NCBI GenBank assembly: GCA_977018835.1
Contig: OZ361260.1
Coordinates: forward strand, 124,001-188,000
DNA length: 64,000 bases
Direction: 5' to 3'
Origin: Minutocellus sp. GHC0000111
Lineage: Eukaryota
The number at the start of each line of letters is the position of its first letter. Within the stretch, counting starts at the first letter, position 1. Shown here in pieces: positions 59,130 to 64,000 of the stretch. The position numbers were made by a program, and so were the translations under genes. The notes beneath the pieces are model-generated. The model saw only the letters and a list, made by a program, of their open reading frames with translations, did not search any database and was not told where the DNA came from.

Positions 59130-60617
59130 TCATGCCAATGTCTGCGCCCTCACCGAATCGGCAGAGATGTTTTCCCATCCCTGGCCCTTGATCTTCAGGA
59201 TCAACCTTGACAGTCTTTCCAATGCAATTCTCAAAACTTCCAAATCTGGGTAGTAGGCTACACAGATACGAAACCACCCAACCCGAGGATCGCGCATTGA
59301 TTGGCCGGGCGTCATCACTACACGAGCAGCATCCTGGACCAATGCAGCAAATCTCTCTTCTCCCTCCGGCGTCTGTGATGGCAACAAGTTGGAAAAGTCG
59401 GCGTAGACGAACATACCAGCCTCCGGTGTGACATGCGGCACAACCATCTCGTTCAGCTTCTCTGCGCATACTTTGCACGCCAGAGATAGTTGTTCTTTCG
59501 ATTTGGCCAGGAATGAATCCACAAAGGCATCGTCCGTCAAGATTTCCGCTGCAATCATTTGCATGGGATGGCTGACACCGCTAAAGATGTTCAAGTTTTG
59601 TAATGTCCTCAGCAGAGCTTCATTTTGAGTGTAAAGGATACCGATGCGAAAACCTGACGAAACAAAATCCTTTGATAGAGCCCAAAGGAAATGCACATCG
59701 ACACCAAGCTTATTGTCCGTCGTTTGCAGAACGGATTCAAAATGTCGATTCCTCACACTTAGTGCGTAGATTTCATCAACAATTGTGTGCAATTTGTGGT
59801 CCCTAGCCCATGATATTGTCCTTTTGATAACCTCCGGCTCATAGATGGTACCAAGTGGATTGTTTGGGTTGGTCAGCAGCAATATCCGGGGTCGCAAGCC
59901 CATGGCCTTTGCCTTCGTCATGGCTGCATTCAATTCTGCTATCGTCGGCCCATCAGCAGGATTCGACTGAATCACAGGGACTGGCACACACTTGGCAATC
60001 GTAGCAATATCAGATTCGAATGCTGCGTAATAGGGAGCTGGTATGAGAACGGCATCGCCCTCCTCAGCGAGTGCAAAGCAAAGGTAATTGAGCAAAGAGG
60101 CAGCACCGGAGCCGAATGCCACGTGCTGCGGGTCAATCATGCCATGCGCTTCCTCCTTTGACAAATGGTCGGCTCTCTCGGGAGAGCAAAGAAACTTTCG
60201 TGCCAGGAAATACGCCACCGCCTCCCGAGCTTGTGGCAAGCCAAGGAACCCATTGTATCCGTACACAATGGAATCAGAAAAGGCTGAGACTGCTGTACCA
60301 GGAAGCATGAGTCGTTGTGCAAGTACTTCAGTAACGAGCTTATTTTCAGCCATACACAGTGCAATATGCCCCTGGGGATTGCTCTCGGGGTCGCATGCGT
60401 CAAACAAACACTTGAGGAAGGCATCCAAATAGGGAATCGCTGGCCCCAGTGCTGCCATGCCTCGACTGCCAATCCTGCCCGACAATTCAGCAGGGATGGG
60501 CCTCCCAACAGAGTTGCCACCCCGTCGATCTAACCGGCGCCTTCGACGAAGGTAGAGGAAGGCACTGGTAGCAAAGGCTGCCAGAGCAACTCTGGTGCTG
60601 CGATTGTCTCCTGACAT
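59130..60617 (-). CDS. ACC-synthase-like class I PLP-dependent enzyme
   Basis: MAENKL, PAPYYAAF, LTNPNNPLG, DEIYA, LSKDF..GFRIG (PLP Lys), GWFRIC; N-terminal hydrophobic anchor followed by RRRRR. Confidence 0.9.
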   Translation of the reverse strand: MSGDNRSTRVALAAFATSAFLYLRRRRRLDRRGGNSVGRPIPAELSGRIGSRGMAALGPAIPYLDAFLKCLFDACDPESNPQGHIALCMAENKLVTEVLAQRLMLPGTAVSAFSDSIVYGYNGFLGLPQAREAVAYFLARKFLCSPERADHLSKEEAHGMIDPQHVAFGSGAASLLNYLCFALAEEGDAVLIPAPYYAAFESDIATIAKCVPVPVIQSNPADGPTIAELNAAMTKAKAMGLRPRILLLTNPNNPLGTIYEPEVIKRTISWARDHKLHTIVDEIYALSVRNRHFESVLQTTDNKLGVDVHFLWALSKDFVSSGFRIGILYTQNEALLRTLQNLNIFSGVSHPMQMIAAEILTDDAFVDSFLAKSKEQLSLACKVCAEKLNEMVVPHVTPEAGMFVYADFSNLLPSQTPEGEERFAALVQDAARVVMTPGQSMRDPRVGWFRICVAYYPDLEVLRIALERLSRLILKIKGQGWENISADSVRAQTLA

Positions 60618-60896
60618 ACTCGTAGTAGGTAGCCGCTTGTTGGGTTATCTGGGTTGGAGTGCTTGGAATGAGGAATGAGCGAGTGCATGCTGCTGCAGCA
60701 GCGCTGCAGCCGCTGCGCTGCTGCGCGCGCAGCAGCAGCAGAGCGCAAAGAGGGAAGGGGTCGCATGGTTTCTTTTTATTCTCATAATGGTGCAACAGAA
60801 ACAATTGATTAGTGTTCGCATCGTGCCTAGCTAGAGAGGCAGAGCTGCTGCCTGCCTGCCTCTAGCTAGGCCTACGTAGCTAGGAGAACGCGCTTT

Positions 60897-61017
60897 TTCA
60901 CGTTAACGTGAATTCACGTTCGTCCGTCCGTTGTCCGCCGTATTTTTTGTTCCGACGTGAATTCACGTCGGACGTGAATTCACGTCGGGCACTACTAACT
61001 CTACTAAGTAGTAGTGC
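60897..61017. repeat. Cluster of perfect palindromes (three ACGTGAATTCACGT cores) in a divergent intergenic region
   Basis: AACGTGAATTCACGTT 60905-60920, TCCGACGTGAATTCACGTCGGA 60951-60972, GACGTGAATTCACGTC 60971-60986, then a GCACTACTA..TAGTAGTGC inverted repeat. Confidence 0.9.
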
Positions 61018-61238
61018 TACTGCTCCCTGGTCACATTGCATTTGGCTTGTGCCTCGAATCATCCTCGCTCGAACATACATTGTATTCGTTGCCGTATACA
61101 TTTTATATTCCATTCAAACCAACGGCATTGCTCATTTTGCCGTTTTGCACACCGGTAGGCCAGGTGCCCTATCGGCAAGTCCTATTGCTGTCCCCCGACG
61201 CAACACTGTCCCATCCTCCTCTTTCTTTGCGGTGTCAC

Positions 61239-61960
61239 ATGTCGTCCTCGATTTCGGGCCAGCTTGAAACGGCGGCGTCGTCAGGCGCTGTCAATTCTGA
61301 TTCAGCTCCAGATGAGGTATCGGTGAAGGGGCGTAGGTGCGTATCTTGATTTCAATGTTTCTCTTTTGTTGTTGCGTTCTTTTCCAATCATTCCAAGTAA
61401 TTCTTTTGTGTGCAATGTTGGTGTGTTGCGCCGGATGTTTCATGTCAATTGTTGAGTGAGTGGACTTCTGCTCATGTTGTTATTTCATTTTCATTCCACG
61501 GCCGTGCCTGTCTGTCTGCCACAGTCGGTCCGCTTCGTCATCCTCAAGTGACGGTGTTGAGGAGAGCCGCCTCCGCGACAGCCGCCGTTCCCGTAGTGAC
61601 CACCGTAACCGTCGCCGCCACGACCGCCATCGGAGACGATCTCGTCGGCGTAGTCGTTCTCGCTCTCGTTCCCGCCGTCGTCGCGTAAGCCGCTCTCCTC
61701 CTGATCGACCGTACGACCGCCATCGGGGTCGTACGCGTCGGCACAGTCGTTCTCGCTCTCGTTCCCGCCGTAAAAGCCGCTCTCCTCCTCATAGACCTCA
61801 ATCACAGAGCCGCTCCTTGACACGGCGTAGGAGCCGTTCTTCCTCACCGAGCCTGTCTTCACACCATTCCAGATCTCGTTCGCGGAGTCGTTCTCGCAAG
61901 GGCCTCTCCCAACCGTCGCTGGTGTCCCTCCTACGAACAATGGACAACGATATTTCATGA
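61239..61960 (+). CDS. Arg/Ser-rich (RS-domain) protein; intron 61337..61524
   Basis: ATG 61239 MSSSISGQ..VKGR joins via AG|GTGCGT..CACAG|T in frame to SRSASSSSS..RSRSRSRS. Confidence 0.55.
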
Positions 61961-62560
61961 GAGAGGCAGAATCTCACAATTCGAAGATACCGGTTGCGCC
62001 GGATGTTTCATGTCAATTGTTGAGTGAGTGGACTTCTGCTCATGTTGTTATTTCATTTTCATTCCACGGCCGTGCCTGTCTGTCTGCCACAGTCGGTCCG
62101 CTTCGTCATCCTCAAGTGACGGTGTTGAGGAGAGCCGCCTCCGCGACAGCCGCCGTTCCCGTAGTGACCACCGTAACCGTCGCCGCCACGACCGCCATCG
62201 GAGACGATCTCGTCGGCGTAGTCGTTCTCGCTCTCGTTCCCGCCGTCGTCGCGTAAGCCGCTCTCCTCCTGATCGACCGTACGACCGCCATCGGGGTCGT
62301 ACGCGTCGGCACAGTCGTTCTCGCTCTCGTTCCCGCCGTAAAAGCCGCTCTCCTCCTCATAGACCTCAATCACAGAGCCGCTCCTTGACACGGCGTAGGA
62401 GCCGTTCTTCCTCACCGAGCCTGTCTTCACACCATTCCAGATCTCGTTCGCGGAGTCGTTCTCGCAAGGGCCTCTCCCAACCGTCGCTGGTGTCCCTCCT
62501 ACGAACAATGGACAACGATATTTCATGAGAGAGGCAGAATCTCACAATTCGAAGATACCG
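61425..62560. repeat. Apparently perfect 568-bp tandem duplication (61425..61992 / 61993..62560)
   Basis: Both copies start GTTGCGCCGGATG and end TCGAAGATACCG; identical ORFs are offset by 568 (61460/62028, 61491/62059). Confidence 0.95.
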
Positions 62561-62571
62561 ATGAAACTGAC

Positions 62572-63540
62572 TTACCGCTTTTCGTTTGTGCCATTTCCAG
62601 CGATTGTGCCTTCGTCAACAACGCAATTGGAAATGTTGTCCATGTGGACGCCCATTACAACGGGCACAAGCTCTCCCTTGTGTCTGGAAAGTGCAATGAA
62701 TGACTGACCTTTTGGAATGACAAGCTCTTCCCCGAAGTTAAGAGCCTCCAAGATGTCATTGTCCGCCATGACTTCGTCAAGATTTTGCCAATACGCGCTT
62801 CTTTCGGTGCACTTTCCGTCGACTACTTGTGTGTACCGACATCGCTCGTCGCGACCACATGCGCTTTCCTCACTCACGATTACCATAAATTCATGGTCGA
62901 TCCCTAAACTCTCCTTGATATCGGGGAGAAAGGGTGTCTCATCAAGTCCAAGATGCACTTTAGCTGCCTCTTCATTTCCCAAAAAAGGAAGACGAAATTG
63001 ACGTGGCCGATGTTCCTTCTTCGGTATGCCATCGTGGATGTCGCGGGGTTCGTCAGATGCGTTGTCGTCTGCCCTACTTCCTTCGTTGAGAAGTGCGGCA
63101 GAAATTGCGTTACGCGCAACCAGTGGTATGTTGCTTGGAATGCTGCCATTCAGCACCTTGTACTTCACGTCACTCAGGTCTAATGTCTTCTGCTCACCGT
63201 AGTCGTAGAGGAAAGTGTAACAATCGGGAAACCCACTGTGGGTCGCAACAATTGTTGCGGGAAAGTACATGCTGTCCCTCTTCCGGTACATGCCAATTCT
63301 CGCTCCAACAGCAAATTTCTGCTGGAGCGACATGCTTTCCGGCGGGCGAACGCAAATCTGGTCTTGTCTACGGAACGGGTGGTGACAGAGCCCGTGGCAG
63401 AGAGGTGGAGCGGTGGCTGCATCCGCGTCATCCGGTGGCTGCTGCGCATGCGATTTGGCGGGGCATTCATGTGCCAAATGAAGCGGCACAAGAGATGAGA
63501 TGACGGAAAGGGTCAATGCGCGAGGGCTCAGAATCAACAT
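62572..63540 (-). CDS. Hypothetical protein with Tudor-like domain; may splice further at GTAAGT 62575
   Basis: VGARIGMY..MYFPATIVA..YTFLYDYGEQKTLDL resembles Tudor-like domains. Start uncertain. Confidence 0.55.
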   Translation of the reverse strand: MLILSPRALTLSVISSLVPLHLAHECPAKSHAQQPPDDADAATAPPLCHGLCHHPFRRQDQICVRPPESMSLQQKFAVGARIGMYRKRDSMYFPATIVATHSGFPDCYTFLYDYGEQKTLDLSDVKYKVLNGSIPSNIPLVARNAISAALLNEGSRADDNASDEPRDIHDGIPKKEHRPRQFRLPFLGNEEAAKVHLGLDETPFLPDIKESLGIDHEFMVIVSEESACGRDERCRYTQVVDGKCTERSAYWQNLDEVMADNDILEALNFGEELVIPKGQSFIALSRHKGELVPVVMGVHMDNISNCVVDEGTIAGNGTNEKR

Positions 63541-63549
63541 TCAAAAAGG

Positions 63550-63885
63550 ATGTCAATAATGATGGACATTGATCATGCAGATGAAGATATTTCCTCGGAG
63601 CGTGAGCACGATGACGGAAACGAATATGACAGCGACGCAACGGTCACATATCCGTTTCCAACTTGCCCCTTCATGCCCGGCGACATCGTTCTGGTAGCTG
63701 CACGCACCGGACCAAGAATGAACAAGGCCGGAGGCGTCGGCAAGGTTGCAAAAGTCGACGAGGAGGCCGCCACTGCGACGGTGGTATACCTCATTGGCCG
63801 CAAAAGGACTGAGAAAAATATTCCCTTCGCAGACATGGTGCAATACAACCTCGGTCCTCGTGTAAGTAGGCGTAAGAAAAATTAA
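63550..63885 (+). CDS. Small hypothetical SH3/KOW-like protein
   Basis: PGDIVLVAARTGPRMNKAGGVGKVAKV..TVVYLIG..EKNI beta-barrel-like motif. Confidence 0.5.
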   Translation: MSIMMDIDHADEDISSEREHDDGNEYDSDATVTYPFPTCPFMPGDIVLVAARTGPRMNKAGGVGKVAKVDEEAATATVVYLIGRKRTEKNIPFADMVQYNLGPRVSRRKKN

Positions 63886-64000
63886 CATAATGAAACAATT
63901 GCATCGGACAGAAGAGACGCGAAGATGCGAAGCTGCATTGGAAAGGAACATCAAAGGCACACTTAGCATTGCAAATTAAAACATGAAGATATTATGTGCT

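Overview
Gene-dense eukaryotic nuclear DNA, most likely from a diatom: short GT-AG introns of about 80-340 nt, a frustulin-type CEGDCD motif, helicase-associated (HA) and MYND family genes, and no operons, CRISPR, rRNA or tRNA. About 30 protein-coding loci are present, including a Cu(I) P1B-ATPase, a PP2C, a long-chain alcohol oxidase, SMYD and PHD-SET proteins, a HAT/TPR protein, MYCBP, a tandem F-type lectin, an auxilin-like protein, 2-oxoglutarate dehydrogenase E1, a HECT E3 ligase and an ACC-synthase-like enzyme. At least eight isolated indel frameshifts break otherwise intact genes, which suggests an imperfectly polished assembly. The most notable feature is missed by the ORF track. Minus-strand ORFs 51364..51573 and 50821..51345 are one reading frame encoding a peroxiredoxin-like (AhpC/TSA) protein whose CxxC active site is written TGA-ATC-ATC-TGA (FYRGIW-U-I-I-U-PDYL). 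This is a candidate double-selenocysteine UxxU selenoprotein, with a C-terminal CaaX box (CIIL) and a SECIS-like hairpin in the 3' UTR. The window also has a perfect 568-bp tandem duplication of an RS-rich exon and a cluster of ACGTGAATTCACGT palindromes.
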